A stretch of 63,974 bases of DNA, counting the filler, from Candidatus Woesearchaeota archaeon (GTDB taxonomy: Archaea > Nanobdellota > Nanobdellia > Woesearchaeales > BM511): the NCBI GenBank assembly GCA_023266675.1. It is 7 parts of 7 records of this genome, joined end to end, with 100 filler letters (N's around TTAATTAATTAA, not from the genome) between each part and the next. Parts side by side here need not be neighbours in the genome. Positions count along the whole stretch, not along the records: positions 10,400 to 20,134 come from JAHFPP010000050.1; positions 20,235 to 29,454 come from JAHFPP010000051.1; 5 more parts are not named here. One strand, written 5' to 3'. Below, piece by piece: positions 16,196 through 25,987 of this stretch. The translations under genes were made by a program, and so were the position numbers. The notes beneath the pieces were generated by a model. That model saw only the letters and a list, made by a program, of their open reading frames with translations, was not told the origin of the DNA and searched no databases. Positions within the stretch are counted from its first letter, which is position 1. Each line of letters begins with the position of its first letter.

Positions 16196-18493
16196 TTAGT
16201 ATCCAAACAAAGTCTTTTGCGTCTGGCCTTTGATTAAGTCATCGAAGTTCTGGTCAAAGAACACAAGCACTGCGTCAGCTAGAGGCTTAACCTGCTTATC
16301 TATATAATGGTCGTAATCTATTTTGGCCTTAATTTTCTGTATAGGTTGCGGTCCGTCAATAGTCATAACATAAGATATTATATATGAATCAATCTTGTCA
16401 AGCATCCTTGCAGCCTTAACATGCGGAGGCGTGGTTTTTGTGTACGCAGTCTCATCTTTTCTTAATGATTTTCTGTAAACAAGTTTGTTGTCAAGCTTCC
16501 CTGCCTTTATGTCTTTGACATACTGCTTGACGTATTCAGTGATTTCTTTTTTGTGAAAAATCCTGTCAAATATTTCTAGCTGGAAATCCTTTGCAAGGTC
16601 AGTCCAGTCACGGCGTACAAACTCCATGCCTGTAAAATCTATCTTTTCCTTGCCATCTTTCATCAGCAGGCCTGCATATCTCTTTTTGCTTCCTGCGTCG
16701 CCGTGCCTGACTTTTGGCATCATGAATACTTTGAACGTTTTTTCAAACTGGATTTCAAGGAAATTTTTTCTATTGTAATTTTTAACATAATTAGTGAAGA
16801 ACTCGTTTACGCTGACTGCAACTTTTTCGCCTATCTTTTTTGCATCATCATAACTTTCTGCATTGCTTTTTACAAAAATAGAATCTGTGTCTCCATAGAT
16901 TACTTCGTATCCAAGTTTCTTGGTTTCTTCTGTTGCCATTTTTATTATTGCCTGGCCAAAGTGAGTTATTGCGTTTGCCATTTTTAGCGAAAAGAATCTG
17001 CATGTAGGATTTGCAAGCACTCCAAAGAAGCTGTTCATGTGAATTTTTATTGCCTGGCTTGCAAGAGGATTCTTTTCAAGTTTAGCCTTATCTCTTTGGT
17101 CCCATAGTTGCTGTAAAATCATTGGAAGTATGCCGTCCTGATTCCTGAAGCACGCTCCGTTTGGTGCAGTAATAAGATTTTCTCCCTTGCAGTCTTCAAC
17201 AAATGACCATGGGTCGATATTAAACGTTCTCATGATTGAAGGATACAGACTTTTAAAATCAAGCACAAGAATGTAATCGTATATTCCCGGTTTTGATTCC
17301 TGCACAAATCCTCCTTTTATCCTTGTTTCATCATCTCCTTTCTTTGCTGAGTATGCAACGTAGCCTCGCTTTCTTAATTCCCGAAGGTACAATGAGTCAA
17401 GAGATGCAATACTTGACTTTACTTTATCAAGCTGCATACCAGTCAATAATGAACGCTGTATTGTAAGGTCAATGACTTTTGTCTTATCTATTATGTCAAT
17501 TACAAGCTGCGAATCTTTAAGATTGTAATCAACTAGAAGCTGCTGGTTATTTTTGTACGCATTTTCTATGTCTTCACCTTTTGATGCCTCACCGATAAGT
17601 TTTTCTTCGCCAAGGAATTCCTCTGCTGCTGTTGCAAGCTTATAATCGTCAAGCTTTATGAATGAAGATTTCATTAGGTGTATTCCGTCAAGCAGCATCC
17701 TTCCCGGGAAATCCGCTGATGAATCTTTAAAGAAGCTTGCTTCAAGACGAAGACTGCATGGCCATTCTGTTCGTCCTAAGTCAAATGGTATTTTATATGA
17801 CTTAAATTTTGCTTCAATAACCTTGAAATCAAAATCGATAAGGTTCCATCCTGTTATTATGTCAGGGTCAAGCTCCTTAACTTTTTCCCTGAAAGTCTCT
17901 ACAAGTTTTTTCTCTGAGTCAACAACTATTGCGTTGTTTAGATTTTTATCTGACTGAATTATTACCTGTTTAAAATCGTCGCACACCATTGATATTGAGA
18001 AGAGTTTTTCTGCCTTCATGTCTGTTTCTATGTCTAGCGACAAAACCTTTAGTTTTGGGAAATATGCTGCAGGAGTTAGTTTAGGATTTTCGTAAATTCT
18101 GTCAACATAATTACCTTTCTTATATTCCCCGTCAATATCCGTTGACCCAAGAATGCCATTATCCATCATGAAAAGCATTACAAACCTTAAGTCTGCTTCG
18201 TAGCAAACAATGCTTTTGTCCTCAAACTTTCTTCTCGCGTCCCCAATTTGTTTTGGAAAATTGAAAATTATCTTTACAAGTTCAACATCATTGAAATCTT
18301 TTTTAACTCCTTCTTCAACTATAAAAGTTTCAAGTTCAAGCGCCTTTGCGACGTCTGACTTTTTTATGTAAAAATAAGGCTTATAATCGTGTATTGATAA
18401 GAAGCTCTCGCCGTTTTCAAGGCGCCCAAAGAGGTAAACCTTTGTAACGTCTTCAACTATCCTGTAAGTTGGATACACTATGAATGCTTTCAT
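16196..18493 (-). CDS. polB: Family B DNA polymerase, bacterial Pol II-like
   Basis: Exo I SLDIET, Exo II GWNLIDFD, DFKSLYPSI, KIHMNSFFGVL, YGDTDS, GSKKRYAG, PPHVKAAR. Confidence 0.95.
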   Translation of the reverse strand: MKAFIVYPTYRIVEDVTKVYLFGRLENGESFLSIHDYKPYFYIKKSDVAKALELETFIVEEGVKKDFNDVELVKIIFNFPKQIGDARRKFEDKSIVCYEADLRFVMLFMMDNGILGSTDIDGEYKKGNYVDRIYENPKLTPAAYFPKLKVLSLDIETDMKAEKLFSISMVCDDFKQVIIQSDKNLNNAIVVDSEKKLVETFREKVKELDPDIITGWNLIDFDFKVIEAKFKSYKIPFDLGRTEWPCSLRLEASFFKDSSADFPGRMLLDGIHLMKSSFIKLDDYKLATAAEEFLGEEKLIGEASKGEDIENAYKNNQQLLVDYNLKDSQLVIDIIDKTKVIDLTIQRSLLTGMQLDKVKSSIASLDSLYLRELRKRGYVAYSAKKGDDETRIKGGFVQESKPGIYDYILVLDFKSLYPSIMRTFNIDPWSFVEDCKGENLITAPNGACFRNQDGILPMILQQLWDQRDKAKLEKNPLASQAIKIHMNSFFGVLANPTCRFFSLKMANAITHFGQAIIKMATEETKKLGYEVIYGDTDSIFVKSNAESYDDAKKIGEKVAVSVNEFFTNYVKNYNRKNFLEIQFEKTFKVFMMPKVRHGDAGSKKRYAGLLMKDGKEKIDFTGMEFVRRDWTDLAKDFQLEIFDRIFHKKEITEYVKQYVKDIKAGKLDNKLVYRKSLRKDETAYTKTTPPHVKAARMLDKIDSYIISYVMTIDGPQPIQKIKAKIDYDHYIDKQVKPLADAVLVFFDQNFDDLIKGQTQKTLFGY

Positions 18494-18566
18494 AAGAAAA
18501 ATGAAAGAATTTCTTATATATAAGCGTGATGGAGAAATATATTTTAAAATTTGGTTATCGGGATAA

Positions 18567-19178
18567 TTATCCGTAAGAATGATTTAGACCAGTAATTAGA
18601 GGATTTGATGAGTTTTCCTGTTTTGCTTTACCTCCATTATTAGAAGGCATAAGACATAATATTCTGCCATTCCCTTTAGGTGTTACTGTTAAAATTGGAG
18701 CGTTTGTCAAGTTTTCTCTTTCTAAATCATGCATATACATTTCAAATATTCCTACCTTTTTATATGCTTCACAATAAGTTGACCATCGGAGCATTTTTTT
18801 AGATAGTAAAGTGCCAGAGTCCATAATTGAAAGTCTGGCAACATCATCAACTGAATCAATGGGTCGAAAAGGTGTTAATTTATCTTCAGGATTATCTGCC
18901 ATTTCAGGCGTTATCAAAGCCCACAATAAACCATATCTTATCGGTTTTTCTTCATTAATAAAATCCTGACAAAACCAGATACCAGGTAATGTTGATAAGT
19001 CTACTTTGTAAAATTGTTTTGTTTCAAAATGAGGAACCCAAAGTTCGTTTCCAATAAATGAGTAATGTGATAACCCCACCCGTTCCATATAAGGATAGGA
19101 TCTTATTTTATGTGTTTTATAATTATTAATAATTCTGCCAATAACTTTTTCAAGAAATTCATTCATAAAAAAGAACAC
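18567..19178 (-). CDS. Hypothetical protein (orphan)
   Basis: 203-aa ORF with its own TATA upstream; no family recognised. Confidence 0.65.
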   Translation of the reverse strand: MFFFMNEFLEKVIGRIINNYKTHKIRSYPYMERVGLSHYSFIGNELWVPHFETKQFYKVDLSTLPGIWFCQDFINEEKPIRYGLLWALITPEMADNPEDKLTPFRPIDSVDDVARLSIMDSGTLLSKKMLRWSTYCEAYKKVGIFEMYMHDLERENLTNAPILTVTPKGNGRILCLMPSNNGGKAKQENSSNPLITGLNHSYG

Positions 19179-19265
19179 TGATAAAGTTATTTATATAACT
19201 ATTGCTAAATGAGAACATAAACTAATTTATTAATACAAAAAAAATTAAAAAAATAATTTAAAGTT

Positions 19266-20134
19266 TTACACTATTGGTATTGCGCCTGTCTTGTCAACTA
19301 GTTCAAGCTTGTTTACGCTGCTTAAGTCATCGATTTTGTTTATTCTTAACAATCCTGATGATTTTGTGTATAAAAGCTCGTTTATGTATAGGCTTCTTTC
19401 GACGAGCGGTCCGTAATAGTTGTTCCCGCTTCCGCTGCTGTGGTCAATTATTCCTCGTAGTGTAATTCCGTTTTTTGTTATGTTAAAGACCATTGCGCCG
19501 TTGTATTCCTGACCTTTGGTGTTTCCAGTGTAATCATAGTTGTAGTTGTATGCTGGGATTACAAGGAGATTTTTTTCTTTTGAAAAAAGGAATGCCTTAT
19601 GCTCCCATTCTGCTGTTGACTGCGCGTATTTTTCTGTTGTTACAAAACTTGCCAGTGTTTTTGGATTCTCTACATCAGTAACATCGAACAATGAAATCTT
19701 TAATCCTTCGGTTCGTCCATTATCAGTCGCATCGCGTCCAATACCTATTATTGTGTTTTCATCATATGGATGAAGGTATCTTGAGAATCCTAGAAGCTTT
19801 AACTTTCCAAGCTCCTTAATGTTTGACGCGTCTGACAAATCTATTACAAAGAATGGGTCAACCTGCTTGAAAGTCACCATATATAATCTGTCACCGATAA
19901 ACCTTGTTGAATAAATCTGTTCACCTTTTGCAAGCCCTTTTAGGCTTCCAAGAATCTTAAGATTTTTATCAAGTGTATATACTTGGTTTTCTGACTCGGT
20001 TACATCATTTCTTGGCAGAATGCTTGACGCTGCCATCTTTGCATCAGAGGCAACTGTTTCTGTAGCTACTCTTTTTGCATAATAAATTGGCAGCCATCTC
20101 TGGCTTATTGTTGTTGCTATCCTTAACACGTCAT
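19266..20134 (-). CDS. Beta-propeller domain protein (secreted type), 5'-truncated
   Basis: LRIATT, GEQIYSTRFIGDRLYMVTFKQVDPFFVIDLSD, GFSRYLHP, GLKISLFDV. Confidence 0.88.
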
Positions 20135-20234
20135 NNNNNNNNNNNNNNNNNNNNNNNNNNNNNNNNNNNNNNNNNNNNTTAATTAATTAANNNNNNNNNN
20201 NNNNNNNNNNNNNNNNNNNNNNNNNNNNNNNNNN
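20135..20234. other. Artificial contig linker
   Basis: N-run + TTAATTAATTAA + N-run. Confidence 0.99.
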
Positions 20235-21220
20235 GCATTGGCCTCACTATTGAGACAAGACCTGACTTTGGACTTCTTAATCACGGAAATGAAATGCTTG
20301 AGTACGGCTGTACACGTGTTGAACTTGGAATTCAGGCAACTGACGACAAAATATTGAAATTTGTAAACAGAGGACATGGAGTAAAAGAATCTGTTTAATC
20401 AACAAAGGTGCTTAAGAATTTAGGCTTTAAAATAAATTACCATATGATGCCAGGCCTTCCACTATCAAACAATAAAAAAGACTTACAGATGCTAGTTGAG
20501 ACGCTTGAAGACTCAGATTTTCGCCCTGACATGTACAAGATATACCCAACAATGGTTATGAAGGGAACAGCTCTTTACAGGCTATGGAAAGCTGGAAAAT
20601 ATTCTCCTTTATTACGGGAAGACGCTGCTGACATAATTTCAGAATTTAAACGAAAAATACCTTACTGGATAAGAATAATGAGGGTGCAAAGAGACATACC
20701 AACACACGTCACCGAGGCTGGCGTTGACAAGACAAACCTTCGCCAGTACGTTGATAAAATGCTTACTTTAAAAAACATAAAATGCAAATGCATACGATGC
20801 CGCGAAGCAGGGCTAATGTCGCTTAAGCAAAAAATCAGTCAGGAAAAAATTAAACTTTTTACAGAAGAGTATTTCGCGTCAAAAGGAAAAGAATACTTCA
20901 TATCATTTGAAGATGATAAACGAGAATTCTTGTTTGGATACTGCCGCCTAAGGTTCCCGTCGCAGTTTTTGCGAAAGGAAATAACAAAAGATTCTGCGCT
21001 TATTAGAGAGCTTCACGTTGTTGGCACAGCAATTGGAATTGGCGAGGAAGGAAACATGCAGCACAAAGGGTTTGGAAAAAAACTTTTACAGAAAGCTGAA
21101 GATATTGCTAAGAAAAATAAAAAGAAAAAAATTGTTGTAATATCAGGAGTTGGTGTCAGACCATATTATAAAAAACTCGGATACAAATTAGAAGGACCAT
21201 ATATGGTTAAAGAGATTTGA
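20235..21220 (+). CDS. elp3: Elp3 (tRNA U34 carboxymethyltransferase; radical SAM + KAT), 5'-truncated, in-frame TAA at 20396-20398
   Basis: IGLTIETRPD, TRVELGIQ, NRGHG before the stop; HMMPGLP, RVQRDIP, CIRCRE, RELHV, QHKGFGK, ISGVGVRPYY after it, same frame. Confidence 0.92.
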
Positions 21221-21274
21221 GTTTCTTTTTTAAGTGATTTTGTTGCCAAACATTTTTAATAACAATGAGTTTTC

Positions 21275-22231
21275 GTGATAGTTATGGAAAGTTTGATTAG
21301 CGTTGATAAGGTAAAGATTAAGCCGGGGTTTGAAAAGAGATACAGATGCCTCTGCGGCGATGATTATGATAACTTCATCAAGTATTCTCTTGCATTCATC
21401 AAGCGAAGTTTAAGGGTCAATACACTAAAGATTACAGTTGAGGAAGCTAAAATGCGTCTTAATGATAAAGGATGGCGTTTAGAGCAGATTCCGTGGTGCA
21501 AAGAAGGATTTTGGATAGAGCATGACACTGGACGGCGTGATATTGGCAATACAACTGAGCATGCGCTGGGATATATCTATGTGCAGGAAGCTGCGTCGAT
21601 GATTCCGCCAATGGTTCTTGAGCCAAAACCAGGCGACACAGTTCTAGACATGTGTGCATCCCCAGGTTCAAAATCTTCGCAGATAGCTGCAATGATGAAG
21701 AATACCGGGATTCTTGTATGCAATGATTATAAAGGAGACCGTGCAAAGCCGCTTGGCATAAATTTACAGAGAGTTGGCGCAACAAACTCAATAGTTACAA
21801 TGAGCAATGGGCAGCGAATTAAAGGAAGGGAGTTTGATAAAATTCTAGTTGACGCCCCATGCTCAGGCACAGGAACAATAAGAACGAGTCTTAAGACGCT
21901 TTTAATTTGGAATGAACGCTCAATAACAAATTTGTCTGTTCCTCAAAAACAGCTTCTTGACAAAGCATTCAACCTTCTAAAACAAGGGGGAGTGCTTGTG
22001 TATTCAACGTGCTCACTTGAGCCTGAAGAGAATGAGGGAATAGTTAGTTATCTTCTTGAAAAATATCCAAACGCAAAAACGCTTCCAATAACGCTTGACA
22101 TTAAAAGAGGAGAAACGGTGACAGAATTTGAAGACAAAACATACCATGAAGGCGTAAAAAACACGCTAAGAATCTGGCCTCAGGACAACAATACTGAAGG
22201 ATTTTTTGTTGCGAAGATACAGAAAAACTAG
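21275..22231 (+). CDS. RsmB/NOP2/NSUN-family RNA m5C methyltransferase
   Basis: YVQEAASM, LDMCASPGSK, LVDAPCSG, VYSTCS, GFFVAK. Confidence 0.95.
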   Translation: MIVMESLISVDKVKIKPGFEKRYRCLCGDDYDNFIKYSLAFIKRSLRVNTLKITVEEAKMRLNDKGWRLEQIPWCKEGFWIEHDTGRRDIGNTTEHALGYIYVQEAASMIPPMVLEPKPGDTVLDMCASPGSKSSQIAAMMKNTGILVCNDYKGDRAKPLGINLQRVGATNSIVTMSNGQRIKGREFDKILVDAPCSGTGTIRTSLKTLLIWNERSITNLSVPQKQLLDKAFNLLKQGGVLVYSTCSLEPEENEGIVSYLLEKYPNAKTLPITLDIKRGETVTEFEDKTYHEGVKNTLRIWPQDNNTEGFFVAKIQKN

Positions 22232-22291
22232 AAGATTTATACCCTATATTAAATCATAAACTTTATATAATAATACGACTTTTTAGTAGTA

Positions 22292-23659
22292 ATGACAAAT
22301 AATAATGGAATTTCGGAAGTTGTCAATGATTTTCTTGATGGAAAATCAAACGAGAGCGAAGTTGATAATCTAACTAGAGAATTGATTGCTCAGGATGACC
22401 CAGAACAAGCAGATGGGCAATTAAATGAACTCATGGATTTAGTTTCTCAAAAGAGAGCAGATGGTTTAGCTGAAGACCGTTCCAGTGCAATTATGGGGCT
22501 TGCGTATGCTTTGGATTTTAGGCTCACAGATTTTGATAGGCTAGTTGGGAAAAAAAGCGCACTGGAAATTAATAAACTGTCTACGTCTGAATTAACAGAT
22601 AATGATTATATTGATATCGAAACTGGAAAATGGATTCGACTTCATGAGCCATTTAAGCCTATGCAAGATTTATATGGTGCTAAATTCCTTAATTCATGGG
22701 AGATTGATAGGGTTATAGAATCTGCCTTTGAAAAATATATAAAAAATCCAGGACAATACCTTGTAAGAAGTAAAGGAGAATCTGATGAAAGTATGCCTAA
22801 AATTGAATTCTTTTCTCCTTTCTCAAATAATGAAAAAATGGTCTCACAATATAATGACTATCTTACTTATCTTGCAACAAAAAAAACTTTAGAAGAAAAA
22901 ATAAAGTCTGCAGGGAAAACTTTATTTAGTCTTAGATGGGATGAAAATCATAAAAGAAAGAATAATGCAGTAGAAGAAGTTTATTCTCAGTTGAATGCAA
23001 CGCAAATTCCGCTGTTTTCTGAAAATATAATTTTATATGGACAGGTGGGAAAGGATAATCCTGCATCATTATTTGCAGCATATAGCGAATTATTCTCGCA
23101 AAACCAATTAGTTGGCTTATCAGATGTGCTTAAAAGCTTTGTCGGAAGAGTACGAACAACTGAGCTTGAAGAATGGCAGATTAAAGTAATTTCAAATTAT
23201 TTTCAAGATAAATTCAGGGAGATAAAAGGATTTGATACGCCAACAAAACTATCTCATTCACAAAGCTACAATTCAAGGTACATTGCAGCAGATATGTATC
23301 AGGACATCGGGCAGGTGTTAAAAGGAGAATTGACAGGTATAAGGCAAACTGAAGCGCTTACAAAAATAGTTAGGAATGTTGAAGCGATAAATACAAACAC
23401 TGCAAAAGCGTTAGGATATTTATCTTCAATTGGTAACACGCTTGAAAGAATGGAGAGGCAGAATCATGAATTTCAGCAGGAATCTTTGAATATGCAATTT
23501 GAAACTCTAAGAGGGATTTACGCGCTTGGAAGAGTTATGTCTTCATTTAGATTCGAACATCATACTCTTTTAACAGACACTTATGCAGGACCAAGACTTT
23601 CTTTTGACAATGCTATAAACGGATTAACATCTGATTCTCAAGCAACACGACTTAATTAA
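22292..23659 (+). CDS. Hypothetical protein (orphan, helical/coiled-coil C-terminus)
   Basis: 455-aa ORF, TATA (TTTATATA) ~25 nt upstream. Confidence 0.75.
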   Translation: MTNNNGISEVVNDFLDGKSNESEVDNLTRELIAQDDPEQADGQLNELMDLVSQKRADGLAEDRSSAIMGLAYALDFRLTDFDRLVGKKSALEINKLSTSELTDNDYIDIETGKWIRLHEPFKPMQDLYGAKFLNSWEIDRVIESAFEKYIKNPGQYLVRSKGESDESMPKIEFFSPFSNNEKMVSQYNDYLTYLATKKTLEEKIKSAGKTLFSLRWDENHKRKNNAVEEVYSQLNATQIPLFSENIILYGQVGKDNPASLFAAYSELFSQNQLVGLSDVLKSFVGRVRTTELEEWQIKVISNYFQDKFREIKGFDTPTKLSHSQSYNSRYIAADMYQDIGQVLKGELTGIRQTEALTKIVRNVEAINTNTAKALGYLSSIGNTLERMERQNHEFQQESLNMQFETLRGIYALGRVMSSFRFEHHTLLTDTYAGPRLSFDNAINGLTSDSQATRLN

Positions 23660-23726
23660 AAATCTTCTTAATCAATTTTTAATTAAATTTTATAATAAAA
23701 AATATTTTTTTAAAAAAAAAGAAAAT

Positions 23727-23954
23727 TTATTTTACGATTGACCTGATTTTGAATTTCTTGCCAAGTTTTGCAGGAATAACATTGTATGTTCCTTCTTTTA
23801 GGTTAAGCTTCTCAGCTGCCCATTTATTTGCGCCTTCAAGTGTTTTAAAGGTTCGTTCGCCTTTCTTTGCGACCTTGCCGCCTCTAAAGAAGTTTGTCCA
23901 ACTTTGTGAGCTGTTAAGCTTGAATTTTCTTTTCATTCTTGTGTGTATTTTCAT
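23727..23954 (-). CDS. Small, highly basic protein
   Basis: 75 aa, 21 K/R vs 4 E; strong SD AGGTGA; own TATA. Confidence 0.8.
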   Translation of the reverse strand: MKIHTRMKRKFKLNSSQSWTNFFRGGKVAKKGERTFKTLEGANKWAAEKLNLKEGTYNVIPAKLGKKFKIRSIVK

Positions 23955-24061
23955 AATTTCACCTTAATATACTGAAAAGAATTAGGGGCTATTTTTAAAG
24001 CTTTTGGATTTAATGAGTCATTAAGCCATATCTTTAAAAACCACATCAAATAATTTTTAAT

Positions 24062-24928
24062 ATGAAATTACCTGACGAAAGAATTGGAAGTATTATGATA
24101 TTTTTTGAAGCTTTTCTTTGGAGCCTTTTTCCAATACTAACCCTCCTTTCATATAAAACGCTTTCACCGCTTTTTACCTATTCGCTTATAATGCTCTTTT
24201 CAGGACTCACACTTACCTTAATAATTACTTTAAGAAAAAAATGGCACGAATTAAGAGAGTGGTCAGCTATCAAATACACTTTAATCTCGACTTTTTTTAT
24301 AGGTTTTCTTTTCTATTTTTTAATTTTTATCGGATTAAAATATACTACTTCTGGTAACGCTAGTATTGTGGCATTAATGGAAATATTTTTTTCATACATT
24401 ATATTCAACCTATGGTACAAGGAAAAACAGAAAGGATTACACCTACTTGGCGCATTTTTAATGGTTTTTGGCGCATTATTCATACTTTTCCCTGGTAAAA
24501 TACTCTTCAATAAGGGCGATATCTTAATTCTTATCGCAACGATTTTTCCGCCTATAGGAAACTATTTCTCGCAAAAAGCAAGAAAGATAATAAGTTCAGA
24601 GATGATGCTTTTCTTAAGGACGATGGTTGTTGGGATAATATTTACTGCACTCTCATTTATGTTTAGTACAACACCATCATTTAGCGATTTTAATAACGCG
24701 CTTCCATGGATATTAATCAGCAGTATATTCCTGTTTACAATATCAAAGATTTTGTGGATAGAGGGGATACACAGGATTCCTGTAACTAAAGCGATATCAT
24801 TAAGCACAATCTCGCCAGTTTTCACGCTTTTCTTTGCCTATCTAATTTTCCATGATGTGCCAACACTCTGGCAGGTTTTAGGCTTTATTCCAATGGCGAT
24901 TGGTGTTTTTCTGATATTGAAAAAATGA
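24062..24928 (+). CDS. DMT/EamA-family transporter
   Basis: ~10 TM helices in two repeats, GLKYTTSGNAS motif. Confidence 0.9.
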   Translation: MKLPDERIGSIMIFFEAFLWSLFPILTLLSYKTLSPLFTYSLIMLFSGLTLTLIITLRKKWHELREWSAIKYTLISTFFIGFLFYFLIFIGLKYTTSGNASIVALMEIFFSYIIFNLWYKEKQKGLHLLGAFLMVFGALFILFPGKILFNKGDILILIATIFPPIGNYFSQKARKIISSEMMLFLRTMVVGIIFTALSFMFSTTPSFSDFNNALPWILISSIFLFTISKILWIEGIHRIPVTKAISLSTISPVFTLFFAYLIFHDVPTLWQVLGFIPMAIGVFLILKK

Positions 24929-24967
24929 AGAATTAATAATAAAAAAATAAATATGCTTAAAAGCTAT

Positions 24968-25207
24968 TTAGCAGCAGTTTACTGTTATTCTTATAGGCTG
25001 TGCTTCTAGGTGTTTTTCTGAAACTTCCATTTTTGGAGCAGATGATAATTTGTAGCTTCCGTTTTGTCTGTCTCTAAGCTCTGCTTTCTTTGAGTCGTTC
25101 CAGTTCTCTATAATGCTGTAGTATCCTACTACTCTGCTCATTCCGTATACGTTTGTGCTAAGGCAATTTGGGCACTTTGCCGAATGTGTTGTTGTTTCTT
25201 TTTGCAT
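24968..25207 (-). CDS. Stand-alone NrdD C-terminal (glycyl-radical loop) protein
   Basis: CPNC..SRVVGYY..NWNDSKKAELRDR matches the class III RNR C-terminal tail; SD AGGTGA. Confidence 0.85.
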   Translation of the reverse strand: MQKETTTHSAKCPNCLSTNVYGMSRVVGYYSIIENWNDSKKAELRDRQNGSYKLSSAPKMEVSEKHLEAQPIRITVNCC

Positions 25208-25262
25208 GGGTTCACCTTTTATTTAATTTCTCTTTCTCTATATTCCCCTAGAACCACTATAA

Positions 25263-25280
25263 ACCACAACATGTTGTGGT
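25263..25280. promoter_or_regulatory. NrdR-box-like operator
   Basis: Perfect 18-bp palindrome ACCACAACATGTTGTGGT between the TATA (~25319-25327, minus strand) and the NrdD-tail gene. Confidence 0.75.
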
Positions 25281-25478
25281 CGATACGTTTTCTTTATACA
25301 AAATACGGGTATAACTCATTTATATACTTTTTGATTTTGAAAATTATATTTTATGAATTATAGTTTAGAGAATATACTTATTTTAGGTGTTTTAAAGACG
25401 ATATTATTGTTTTCTTATCAAAATTAATACTAACTATAAGATAGTAAATTAATTAAATAGTTAGTATTATCCTCTTTT

Positions 25479-25949
25479 ATGGATGTTTCTGCAATGGCAA
25501 ACGAAGAGGTTTGTAAAGCAATTAATACTCTTGAGGATTTAGTAATAGGTTTAAGTTTTTCAATACCTCCTTTAATCAAACAGGGAGGGAGTGATCTTGT
25601 CTATTTAGCAAATGAATCTCTCGATAAGGCTTTAAAACGTCTTTCAGATTATTATATCTTAAAGGGGATAGTTTCAAAAAAATTGGAGAAAAACGATGTT
25701 TATGAAACATGCATTTACAGGGCATTAATTCTAAATCCAAGTATAAAGATTAAAACAGAATATATATTGTTTGTTCCTTCTTTTGAAATATATGGTTCTA
25801 GCAGCTCAAAAGTCTCAGTCCTTCAGTCTCAATCAATATTCACAATTGAAATATTAGACATAACTGAAGATAGTGCATTTCTGAACAGTGCCAAAAATGT
25901 TTTTGTTGAATCGCCAGAAAAAGCTTTAGAATTATGCAAATATAACTAA
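25479..25949 (+). CDS. Hypothetical protein (orphan)
   Basis: 156-aa ORF; no family recognised. Confidence 0.6.
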   Translation: MDVSAMANEEVCKAINTLEDLVIGLSFSIPPLIKQGGSDLVYLANESLDKALKRLSDYYILKGIVSKKLEKNDVYETCIYRALILNPSIKIKTEYILFVPSFEIYGSSSSKVSVLQSQSIFTIEILDITEDSAFLNSAKNVFVESPEKALELCKYN

Positions 25950-25987
25950 AAGTGTATGTATCTTAATAATTCTAGATGTGACCCTAC

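Noticed and set aside
20396..20398. Stop-codon reassignment (TAA read as sense)
   Set aside because: TAA terminates many conserved genes here at their expected ends; the two cases are near contig starts
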